DNA of 24,000 nt from contig CAXXHB010000003.1 in the NCBI GenBank assembly GCA_963664815.2, positions 3,877,191-3,901,190 on the forward strand, written 5' to 3'. The stretch is from Spirochaetota bacterium. GTDB taxonomy: Bacteria; Spirochaetota; UBA4802; UBA5550. Shown here piece by piece: positions 9,222 through 17,368 of this stretch. Each line of letters starts with the position of its first letter. Position 1 is the stretch's first letter. A program made the translations under genes and the position numbers. The notes under the pieces are model-generated. The model was not told where the DNA came from, did no database searches, and saw only the letters and a program-made list of their open reading frames with translations.

Positions 9222-9248
9222 AAGCGCAGCACACTACGTTTCTACAGT
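9215..9248. terminator. Strong hairpin between convergent genes, overlapping the stop codon of the AraC gene
   Basis: ACTGTAGAAGCG / CGTTTCTACAGT form a 12-bp stem with one G-T wobble pair and a 10-nt loop. There is no clear T-run, so function as a terminator is inferred from position only. Confidence 0.45.
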
Positions 9249-9260
9249 CTCTCATCAAAG

Positions 9261-10076
9261 TTATTGTTCCTGTTTAACCTTCTGTATAACTGCTTTATCT
9301 TTTATTTTAAATTTCTGAATTGCTATATCAATAAGACCCTTCTGGAACTCGCCGGAGTTACCCCCATTGTCTTTATAGAATTTTGATATTACCCACCATA
9401 GTTTCTGCTCCCCTTCGTCCCCCATGAAATCAGGATATCCGGCATTGTTAAATCTGATTGCAACTGCCTTGCATACTTTCAGCTGTTCAGTCTGGTCCAC
9501 TGATCCCCATGTAAAACCGTCATAATACCCGATTGAATTTTTAAGAGTTGGAGCTGATTCTTCTGTTGCGGATTCTTCAGCATTCCGGTTTACCTGTATT
9601 ACAGCATAAAGGACTTTCTTTGTCTTGCCGCTTACGGCAAAAGCCGTTACACACTCCATACCGCTGGCCTTGCCTTTATATATATAAGCCGGACCGTCAT
9701 CTGAATTTTCAACTTCATCCGCCTTTGGATAAGCGCTCAGAAGTCTGGCAAGAGGTGTACCATTGTTTATCCCCCTTGATGTTGTGAAACTATTTTTTAA
9801 CGCAACCTTAACAAGAGTACCGTCATCATTAAACTCCGCTTCTCCATCTTCCCATGTGTAGGTATTATTATTTTCCCATGAGCCCCCTTTAAATTTCTTA
9901 GTGAAAGATTGCTTTGTTTCATTAGGAACATTTATTTCAACTTTACCGCTTTTAATCCTCAGGTCATTTACTCCGATTGAAGCCGCGCCGGCCGCCATAA
10001 CCTCAGTATTTACCAATGAAAATGCAAACATTGAAGATGCGCCTAAAAACATCAGTTTTCGTAAAAATCCTTTCAT
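9261..10076 (-). CDS. Exported hypothetical protein
   Basis: Signal peptide MKGFLRKLMFLGASSMFAFSLVNTEVMAAGA. AGGAG lies 6 nt upstream of the ATG. It is divergent from the second AraC paralogue. Confidence 0.7.
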   Translation of the reverse strand: MKGFLRKLMFLGASSMFAFSLVNTEVMAAGAASIGVNDLRIKSGKVEINVPNETKQSFTKKFKGGSWENNNTYTWEDGEAEFNDDGTLVKVALKNSFTTSRGINNGTPLARLLSAYPKADEVENSDDGPAYIYKGKASGMECVTAFAVSGKTKKVLYAVIQVNRNAEESATEESAPTLKNSIGYYDGFTWGSVDQTEQLKVCKAVAIRFNNAGYPDFMGDEGEQKLWWVISKFYKDNGGNSGEFQKGLIDIAIQKFKIKDKAVIQKVKQEQ

Positions 10077-10269
10077 TTCTGTCTCCTTTTATTGAATCTT
10101 TTTATTTCATCAGATAACTTGCATTTGAAAAAACTTCCATTTATCTGATTATTTCATTGCAGTTTATAGCATAGAATAACCACAGATTTACCATATTGAT
10201 CCGGTAAATTAATCTGCATCATTATCACAGTATTCATAATTATTCATAACACACCTGTACACTCTAATC

Positions 10270-10300
10270 GTACAAGTTTATAAATCTGGACGCTTTTTTT
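10270..10300 (+). promoter_or_regulatory. 22-bp AT-rich palindrome followed by T7 (copy 2), about 96 nt upstream of the second AraC-type gene
   Basis: GTACAAGTTTATAAATCTGGAC, then GC and TTTTTTT. It has the same orientation and nearly the same distance to the ATG as copy 1. A second shared block TAGACA(A/G)AAT lies at 8061 and 10324. Confidence 0.6.
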
Positions 10301-10387
10301 ATTTTTCAGAGCAGGAATTAAGTAGACAAAATCTATACATTATCAAATAAACGTTGAAATTCTATTTTCAGGAAGTGTGTTGGCCTG

Positions 10388-11491
10388 ATGTTTGAAAGTA
10401 TTGTTAAATATAGTGAATTCACCTGCGGGGTTATACTCTTAATCTTTGCTGTAATACAGATTATATATAAAAACAGGAAATTTATCAACTATAATCTTGC
10501 CGGGATTTATTTCTGTCTTTCATATGTTATTCTCACATTCTGGGCTTTCAAATCGTGGATGATTTATCATGTTCCATGGCTTATTTTCACAGATATGGCA
10601 GCGGCGTTTGCCATAGGGCCATTTGTTTATTTTTACATGAAAACCGTTCTGGGGATCAACACCAAATCTGTTATTAAATACACGTTCCACTTCATCCCGG
10701 CCGTAGTTGTATTTTGTACTATAATTGCCATTAATATAATTGATGGCCATATTGTACGCTATTATATGCAGTTTCCCGGTGAATACCCGGAATATAACCT
10801 TAATCAATCAGTCCGCATTATCGATTTTATATCCAATTTCTACATGCTGCTGTATTTAACATTTACTGTTAAAATCATTTATGATCTTCTGAAAAAGAGG
10901 AATCAAAAATCAATCAAAGAGCTTAAGATCATATTAAAGTATATGTTATTTGTTGTTATATTCAGCCTCATGATGCTTATGGCAAGCATCACAGGGAGCA
11001 ACCTGCTTAATATAATTTCCATTTATCTTCTTACATTGGCTGGTATATGGTACTTTATATTCTCATTCCGCTACCCGGAGTTTACACAGAAAGCCATCAG
11101 GGAGGCAAAGTTTATACGCTATGAGAATACAATTCTGAATGGTATCGACGCAAATGTAGTTCTTGAACACCTTGATTACCTTATGAATGAGGAAAAAATA
11201 TATGTAGATGACGAACTTACATTGCAGAAACTGAGTGCCCAGCTGATGATTACCTCTCACCAGCTGTCGAAAATACTCAATTCAAAGAGAAAGGTCAATT
11301 TCAGAACCCTGGTGAATTCATACCGCATTAAAGAAGCAATGAGCCAGATTGCCAGTTATCCGGATAAAACAATTCTTGAGATTGCCCTTGCCAGCGGGTT
11401 TAATTCAAAGTCATCATTCAACGGTGTTTTTCTGAAAAGTACGGGGGTTACTCCCAGCGATTACAGGAAAAGCCTGACAGCAGTCCGGTAG
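10388..11491 (+). CDS. AraC-family transcriptional regulator with a polytopic N-terminal membrane domain (paralogue of 8124-9221)
   Basis: It is collinear with the 8124-9221 product along its whole length. Well over half of positions are identical in the stretches I aligned by eye, for example YSEF.CGVILL.F, FINYNLAG.YFCLSYVIL.FW.FKS, FAIGPFVYFY and WYFIFSFRYP.FTQKAI.EA. The C-terminal AraC HTH is the same. Confidence 0.85.
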   Translation: MFESIVKYSEFTCGVILLIFAVIQIIYKNRKFINYNLAGIYFCLSYVILTFWAFKSWMIYHVPWLIFTDMAAAFAIGPFVYFYMKTVLGINTKSVIKYTFHFIPAVVVFCTIIAINIIDGHIVRYYMQFPGEYPEYNLNQSVRIIDFISNFYMLLYLTFTVKIIYDLLKKRNQKSIKELKIILKYMLFVVIFSLMMLMASITGSNLLNIISIYLLTLAGIWYFIFSFRYPEFTQKAIREAKFIRYENTILNGIDANVVLEHLDYLMNEEKIYVDDELTLQKLSAQLMITSHQLSKILNSKRKVNFRTLVNSYRIKEAMSQIASYPDKTILEIALASGFNSKSSFNGVFLKSTGVTPSDYRKSLTAVR

Positions 11492-11559
11492 ATATGGTAG
11501 ATATGCAGACCAAAAACAAGGTTACGGGCCTGCATACCTGTGATATAAAAAACATTTAT

Positions 11560-14088
11560 CTACTTAACAAAAATTGAATAAGCAACCGTGCCGCCGGCAA
11601 GTATAGTTGGCGATCCATTATGCCAGTAAACGGCCTTCGTTCCATTCGTACCTGCGATGTAAATATCACACGATTGCGGAACTGCTATTGAATAAGCATT
11701 AGTTCCCCCGAACAGAGATTCATCAGAAATACAGTCATTTGACCCGGCATCATAAACCCAGTATTTTGCACTACCGGTAGCATCTGTCCCGACTATATGT
11801 ACCTTGCCATTCTGGATTAATACAGCATTTGCTGAAGATGCTGCTGATGCGGTTGCATTTAAAATAAACCTTGCCCCGTTTTTCCAGTAACATGGTTTTA
11901 TACCTCCATCATCACAAATACCGGCTACGAAAATGTCACTGCCGTTTACTGCGATTGAATTTGCTGCCGTACCCGAGAGAGAGTTAAACACACCATTAAG
12001 CCAGTAACCTGCAGCTGCATTGTTGTTACCCGAGATATAGACATCCGAACCTGATACAATTACCGAGGATGTTCTTGTACTTGTGCTGTAATTCACTGCA
12101 AGCTGTGTTTCAGTTGGTATTGTTGCTGCAGATGTCGTTGTCTGCCAGTATAATGCAGTCTGGTAATAACCTGACCAGTTTCCTTTTCCTCCTGTAATAT
12201 ACACATCATTTCCGCTTACGAATATTGATGAAGTACTATAATGTGCACCGGTACCGCTGATACCGACCCATGGAAGATGGACTGCGACATTATTTTTATA
12301 GTAAACACTGTTCTGATAACCACCATCCCATTGTGTTCCTGCTATATAAACATCAGTGCCTGACACAAAAATTGAGTATGCACCGGGAATTCCCGATGTC
12401 CATCCTCCGAGATCAAGAGTATATCCTGCATTATTTATCCAGAACTGGTTTGTGCCTGTTCCGCATATATATGTTATAAAAGGCACCCACTTGGCAAACA
12501 GGGTAATATCAGATGTGCCCATTGTAATGCTCTGTCCGGCTGTATATGTTGTACCTGAATCTCTGGACCATCCTGCAAAGGAATAACCGGCTTTTACCAT
12601 ATTCCCTGAATTACTTTTTATTATTACAGAGGACCCTGCCTCATAATTATTACCATCTGCGGGCAGAGACCCGCTGTCTCTGCCAAAATCATCATATATC
12701 ACTTTATAAGCAGCGTTTACAGTCCATACTGCGTACATAGTAATATTTGCCGTTCCCATAGGGAAAGCGGCTCCCGGCGCATAGGTAGTTGAATTATAAC
12801 TCCACCCGCCGAATGTATACCCGGACTTCGACAGAACAGGTGATCCTATATTGTTCTTTACAGTCACAATATCCCCCGGCAGGTATGACTGCGCAGAGGG
12901 GGGTGTCCCGTCACCACCGTTTTTATCGTATGTAACAGTATAGGTAACGGCAGATGTTACTGTTGCTGTACATGCCGCGGAATACCCGCCATCCTGCGTT
13001 GTTACAGTTATAACAGCTGATCCTGCAGCAACAGCAGTTATCATCCCGCCGCTGTCAACCGATGCTACAAGACTGTTGCTGCTTTTCCATACCAGGTTCT
13101 GGTCGGTAGCATTTGACGGAGTAATAGTCGCAGTCAGTTGCCCCTGGTTCCCCGTCTGAACGGTAACTGTTGAAGGTGAGATACTCACCCCTGTTACCGC
13201 GACCGGTGAAGATTCAACCGTTACAGAGATGCCTGCCGTATAACTGCCGTCAACTGTTGTTGCAGTGACGGTGGCGCTGCCGGCCGATTTCCCTGTTACA
13301 TTGCCGTAATTATCCACAGCCGCAACAGCTGAATTGCTGCTTGACCATGTAAGGTTCTGGTTAGTGGCATTTACCGGGGCAATCGTAGCGAACAGTGTTT
13401 CTGATTTCCCCGTTGCAATTACCGTTGATGTTTTATTCAGAGTTACACCGGTAACACTCACTGGGGTCAAAGTGACGGTAAAAAGGCAGGATGATGTAAA
13501 ACCACCATCAGCTGTGGTAACCATTATCCTCGCCGTCCCCGTGCTGCTCCCGGTCGTAACAACACCGTTTCCGTCAACTGATGCTACAAGGCTGTTGCTG
13601 CTGGACCACACGAGAGTCTGGTTTGTTGCGGCAGATGGCAACACTACTGCTGACAACGTCTCCGAGTTCCCGGTAAGAAGACAGGATATCCCCTTGTTCA
13701 GTGAAACACCCGTCACTGCTACCGGTTTTTCAACAACGTTAACAGTGCATTGCGCTGCAAAATTTCCCTCTTCGGTTGTCACTGTTATAACCGCCTGTTT
13801 GGTCTCGCCATGCATTACGCCTGAAACTACAGAAACAAGACCGCTGCTGCTTACCTGTGCAACAGATGTATCACTGCTGGACCACGTTACATTTTTATTG
13901 GCGGTTTTTGACGGGGAGACAACAGCAGAAAGCTGTTCGCTCCCGCCGCTGACAATTGTAGTTGTCCTTTTAAGACCCACTCCGTCAACCGGGCCTGTAA
14001 AATAGTTCTGCGCACTGTAGAATGAATCACTGCATCCCGCGAAGAGTATTGCTGCCATGATCAGTAAATTATATATCTTTTTTTTCAT
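11560..14088 (-). CDS. Large mosaic surface lipoprotein with 4 Big_2 Ig-like domains, 2 Listeria-Bacteroides (Flg_new) repeats and a C-terminal 6-repeat propeller-like domain
   Basis: Lipobox ILFAGCSD. There are four ~85-aa repeats with the pattern VTGV.L....(T/S)G....L.A...P..ATNQ.L.W.SSN..VA.VD..G.V. There are two repeats of the form YTVTYD.NGG...P......G......(S)GYTFGGWS....Y..G......ANITMYAVW. Six C-terminal repeats have the form YW.NG...(A)YSI.VSG.DVYI.G. GGAG lies 6 nt before the ATG at 14088, so I prefer it over 14100. Confidence 0.8.
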   Translation of the reverse strand: MKKKIYNLLIMAAILFAGCSDSFYSAQNYFTGPVDGVGLKRTTTIVSGGSEQLSAVVSPSKTANKNVTWSSSDTSVAQVSSSGLVSVVSGVMHGETKQAVITVTTEEGNFAAQCTVNVVEKPVAVTGVSLNKGISCLLTGNSETLSAVVLPSAATNQTLVWSSSNSLVASVDGNGVVTTGSSTGTARIMVTTADGGFTSSCLFTVTLTPVSVTGVTLNKTSTVIATGKSETLFATIAPVNATNQNLTWSSSNSAVAAVDNYGNVTGKSAGSATVTATTVDGSYTAGISVTVESSPVAVTGVSISPSTVTVQTGNQGQLTATITPSNATDQNLVWKSSNSLVASVDSGGMITAVAAGSAVITVTTQDGGYSAACTATVTSAVTYTVTYDKNGGDGTPPSAQSYLPGDIVTVKNNIGSPVLSKSGYTFGGWSYNSTTYAPGAAFPMGTANITMYAVWTVNAAYKVIYDDFGRDSGSLPADGNNYEAGSSVIIKSNSGNMVKAGYSFAGWSRDSGTTYTAGQSITMGTSDITLFAKWVPFITYICGTGTNQFWINNAGYTLDLGGWTSGIPGAYSIFVSGTDVYIAGTQWDGGYQNSVYYKNNVAVHLPWVGISGTGAHYSTSSIFVSGNDVYITGGKGNWSGYYQTALYWQTTTSAATIPTETQLAVNYSTSTRTSSVIVSGSDVYISGNNNAAAGYWLNGVFNSLSGTAANSIAVNGSDIFVAGICDDGGIKPCYWKNGARFILNATASAASSANAVLIQNGKVHIVGTDATGSAKYWVYDAGSNDCISDESLFGGTNAYSIAVPQSCDIYIAGTNGTKAVYWHNGSPTILAGGTVAYSIFVK

Positions 14089-14137
14089 ATTATGCTCCAT
14101 TCCTGCCCTGTTTTCACGTAACGACAGCAGATTACAT

Positions 14138-15553
14138 CTAAAAAATTATACAGGCTCCTAATGAGCCGTTTACGAAGCTCATTCTGCCGCTTTTCTGAAA
14201 TATTGCTGAATAATCAGCTCCACCGTAAATATCAACCTTTTCAGTCAGTTCAAACTGAAGATAAGCTCCGGCGGAAACCATGGGATTGAAACTGCTTTTA
14301 TCAGTTGTACTCGTAATAAGCGGATCAGATGGATTCCTGACCAGATATTTAATTACGTTATAACTTCCCCCCGATTTAAGTACCGGTCTTAATGAGAACT
14401 TATAGAAAAGCAGCATAGTATACTCAATATCAAAAAGAACAGGCACCATCACCATGTTGTCTATCTCTCCGGTATAACTGAATATCCAGTATCCGGTTTC
14501 AATACCCAGACTGAAGCTCTTACCCGAAGCGCCGGCATCAATCAACCCGCCATAGCCATATGAAGCCATTTCACTCATAACACCCAGTGGGTAAATATAC
14601 GATACAGCCCCCCTGATATATATTTTATACCCCGCGTCATATACAGCTTTCATCTCCTTCGACTCTGTAAAGATATCATTTACCGCCACTACCGAAAACC
14701 GGTGTCTACCCTCTGCCGGAAAATTCTTTATAATAAACTCACTGCCGGGAGATGTTCCCTTCTTTTTTCTCTCACCGTTTTCAGTTTCATATATTGCATA
14801 TGATTTTACCCTGCTCAGCGGGTCACCCACATCTGTCCATGAAAATGCCAGCGTTACGCTCTTCCCGTCCGCAGATAGTTTTTCAGCAATATTAAAGTTA
14901 CCCGGAGGCTCGGGGAGCGTATTGACTATAACCTTTTCGCTGGGGAGAGACTCCTCACCTGTATCGGCTATGGCTGTCGCGTAGATTTCATATGTCCAGC
15001 TTTTCTGAAGATTTTTCAGCGTAGTGGATAAATCTGATGTCTCTTCTGCGAGTTTAAACTTCTCATCTTTATTTTTTACATCACGTAAATATATCCTGTA
15101 AAACTTTGCAGGTTTAAATGGCGGACTCCATGTCACTTCGATAGAAACTGTCGAAGCATTCCCTTTGAGATCGGTGGGATTCGTACGGGCAATAAACATC
15201 ACCTTCTTACGCGGAACAGTAAACTCTTCTGGGCTGATAAGATCTTTTCGGAAAAAATAATTATCCCTGTCCTCATCAACCTGATAGCCCTCTACTACCT
15301 CCCCGCTTGTCAACCGCGCAAAAACCTTTCCAAGGTAAACTTCAGTATATATTATTCTCAGGATATCCCCGCGAACAACACCTTCATATGCACCGTCTTC
15401 TTTCTTCACTGTTAGTGTTGCTATTTCATCTTTAACGATAGATCCTTTAATGATAGAACCATCTTTTTTAAAAATATACTCGGCGCTTCCTGCCACCGGA
15501 ATACAGACAACAATCACTAACAGAATTACTACTTGTGAAAAAAAATACTTCAT
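14138..15553 (-). CDS. Exported protein with an N-terminal small beta domain, 2 FN3 domains and a C-terminal beta-barrel anchor (paralogue of 6108-7514)
   Basis: Same architecture and collinear similarity to the 6108-7514 product (F.KDGSII.G.IV.D....TV; YQVDEDRDNYFFR / YMVDEDRESYTFR; PEEFT; VTWSPPF..AKFYRIYL). It ends in a C-terminal Phe (GACIIF), typical of OM beta-barrels. GAGGGAG lies 5 nt upstream of the ATG. Confidence 0.75.
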   Translation of the reverse strand: MKYFFSQVVILLVIVVCIPVAGSAEYIFKKDGSIIKGSIVKDEIATLTVKKEDGAYEGVVRGDILRIIYTEVYLGKVFARLTSGEVVEGYQVDEDRDNYFFRKDLISPEEFTVPRKKVMFIARTNPTDLKGNASTVSIEVTWSPPFKPAKFYRIYLRDVKNKDEKFKLAEETSDLSTTLKNLQKSWTYEIYATAIADTGEESLPSEKVIVNTLPEPPGNFNIAEKLSADGKSVTLAFSWTDVGDPLSRVKSYAIYETENGERKKKGTSPGSEFIIKNFPAEGRHRFSVVAVNDIFTESKEMKAVYDAGYKIYIRGAVSYIYPLGVMSEMASYGYGGLIDAGASGKSFSLGIETGYWIFSYTGEIDNMVMVPVLFDIEYTMLLFYKFSLRPVLKSGGSYNVIKYLVRNPSDPLITSTTDKSSFNPMVSAGAYLQFELTEKVDIYGGADYSAIFQKSGRMSFVNGSLGACIIF

Positions 15554-15677
15554 TAAAACTCCCTCTTTTGAAAATGAACATTTTATATTTTTCCATTTTG
15601 ATTTTTTGCGATATAACCTTAAATTATACTAAACCGCATTATAAGGAGTTCTATTAACATTTTTAATTGATTCAGTC

Positions 15678-15707
15678 GTACAAATTTATAAATTTGGACT
15701 TTTTTTT
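15678..15707 (+). promoter_or_regulatory. 22-bp AT-rich palindrome followed by T8 (copy 3, the most symmetric copy), about 125 nt upstream of the minus-strand FN3/barrel gene
   Basis: GTACAAATTTATAAATTTGGAC (20 of 22 positions self-complementary) followed directly by TTTTTTTT. It has the same plus-strand orientation as the other copies, although no plus-strand gene follows. Confidence 0.6.
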
Positions 15708-16001
15708 AACCTGTTGCCTTATAAATATTATTTAATTTGAAAAAATATGGTTTTTTACTGAATGTTTAAACGTTATCCCGGGCTCAAAATGTCAGGAATT
15801 TACCATTTAAAATTGTTTTAAATGAAAATATATGTCTAAAAACAATTAATTGGAAATAAATTGCCGGTAATTCCGGAATCACTAATTTCTGCGGAGAGAA
15901 GTTTTCATATACATGCCGTAATCAAACAAGGATGACAATCGAACCATTCAATCAGGATATTCTCGCATTTAATGAGGATAATGGATATAGAGCGACCTGA
16001 A

Positions 16002-16988
16002 TTAAGACCGTACAATAGTTTTACTTTCATATTTCGGGCCTCTGAACCCCAGGTCAACCATCACTCCATAAGTCAAAGCAAGACGGAGGTTACCGAAAAA
16101 AGCCTCGCTCCCTTTCATCCCGTCAAACATACTGTCAATACGGTCTTTCCATAAGTATTCCGTTTCCGACATAACATAATCTGTTGAGGAATTTTCATTA
16201 AATGCTTTTATTATTGATTGCCTGAAGTTCTTCATAAACTCAACATGATCATCAAAGACAATATTAATATCATCACCGGACAGTATCCCGAAATGGCAAA
16301 GACCCACAAGCTCAGGGCTCATAATTCTTAACTTTTCCATGCTCGACATGTAATCATCATATTTGAAATTAGGGGGCATTGATGTGGGGGTTGAGAGCAT
16401 CCTGTCACCGGTATAAATTGTCCCCATCGCTTCACCTGCAAACATAAAGAGAGTCCTGTCACCAATCATTACGGAAGGAGAACAATGATCGGCGGTATGC
16501 CCGGGTGTAAAAACAAGTTTAACCCTCTCCCCGCCAGCAAATTCAACAGGAAGGAAACCATCCGGTTCCACTATATGGAACACCTCATCGGGGATATAAT
16601 CCATTGTACCGATAAACTTCCCGAAAGTGGTTTTTGCTCCACGCAGGTGGCCTGCCGCATCCTGCAATAATCCCTTTGTTATGCTGTTAGTATATATTTT
16701 AAAATCGCTGTTTATATCCTTAAAACGGTTCCATAACTCGGCGCATCCGCCGCCATGATCAAAGTGGTAATGACTTAAAGTAATGCCAACAAGGGATTCA
16801 GGAGCAATACCGTGCCGTTTTAGTGATTTTAATACAACGTCAACATTATCAGAAGTTCCTATATCCATGAGGAGCGACTTTTCACCGTCACTATAGCAGA
16901 AAGCTCCTGTTATTGTTCCCATATCAAACTGCATAGTATCAACAAGGTAGGCGTTCCCCATCCTGCACTCTTTTCTTATATAGGCCAT
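16002..16988 (-). CDS. MBL-fold metallo-hydrolase, substrate unknown
   Basis: It has the HxHxDH motif (LSHYHFDHGGG) and a downstream TPGHTADH, with further His/Asp positions in MBL order. The ORF-track start at 17015 is a TTG. The ATG at 16988 has GGAG 7 nt upstream. It lies 89 nt downstream of hgcB on the same strand. Confidence 0.85.
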   Translation of the reverse strand: MAYIRKECRMGNAYLVDTMQFDMGTITGAFCYSDGEKSLLMDIGTSDNVDVVLKSLKRHGIAPESLVGITLSHYHFDHGGGCAELWNRFKDINSDFKIYTNSITKGLLQDAAGHLRGAKTTFGKFIGTMDYIPDEVFHIVEPDGFLPVEFAGGERVKLVFTPGHTADHCSPSVMIGDRTLFMFAGEAMGTIYTGDRMLSTPTSMPPNFKYDDYMSSMEKLRIMSPELVGLCHFGILSGDDINIVFDDHVEFMKNFRQSIIKAFNENSSTDYVMSETEYLWKDRIDSMFDGMKGSEAFFGNLRLALTYGVMVDLGFRGPKYESKTIVRS

Positions 16989-17077
16989 TATATAACTCCA
17001 TGTAATGTTTTCCAATCACCCGGTCAATCTCTCCCTTCAAAGCAGCAGAGAGGGCTAAAAAGACATGCTCAAATACA

Positions 17078-17368
17078 CTAACAGCAGTTTCCCGAAGAAC
17101 TATTACAGTCGCAAGCCGGTTCGGTTCCTCTTATCATTCCGTTAATAACAGCTGCGGCACACCCTACTCCCGCCTTGACTGATATTGCCCCGAAGCTGCA
17201 GTTTTTTTCACACGCGCCGCATTCCATACACCTGTCTTTATTCATTATGGATACTTTTCTGTTTTCCATTTTAAACACGGGATGTGGGCAAACCTCCATG
17301 CACATCCCACAACCTGTACACTTTTCAGGAAAAACCTGTAAAGTTGTAATGTTCTTTAAATATATCAT
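17078..17368 (-). CDS. hgcB: HgcB, the 2x[4Fe-4S] ferredoxin of the mercury-methylation pair
   Basis: 96 aa. The first cluster motif is C17-x2-C-x2-C-x3-CP. The second is CMECGACEKNC, which carries the hgcB-diagnostic C(M/I)ECGA signature. A conserved GVGCA cysteine and the terminal vicinal CC (GNCC-stop) are present. The start overlaps the hgcA stop as ATGA. Confidence 0.92.
   Translation of the reverse strand: MIYLKNITTLQVFPEKCTGCGMCMEVCPHPVFKMENRKVSIMNKDRCMECGACEKNCSFGAISVKAGVGCAAAVINGMIRGTEPACDCNSSSGNCC

Noticed and set aside
13334-14005. 223-aa plus-strand ORF antisense to the Big_2 lipoprotein gene
   Set aside because: It lies entirely inside the repetitive Big_2-coding region on the opposite strand. 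Its low-complexity V/T/P-rich translation has no start context. This is a typical stop-poor antisense frame of a biased, repetitive gene.
8012-15707. Reading the palindrome as a Bacteroidota-type promoter (-7 TAnnTTTG), because TAAATTTG occurs within it
   Set aside because: Most genes here have clear Shine-Dalgarno sequences, and the arsR promoter is a classical TTGACT-17-TATATA type. This argues against a Bacteroidota-style expression system. The TAnnTTTG match is also imperfect in copies 0 and 2.
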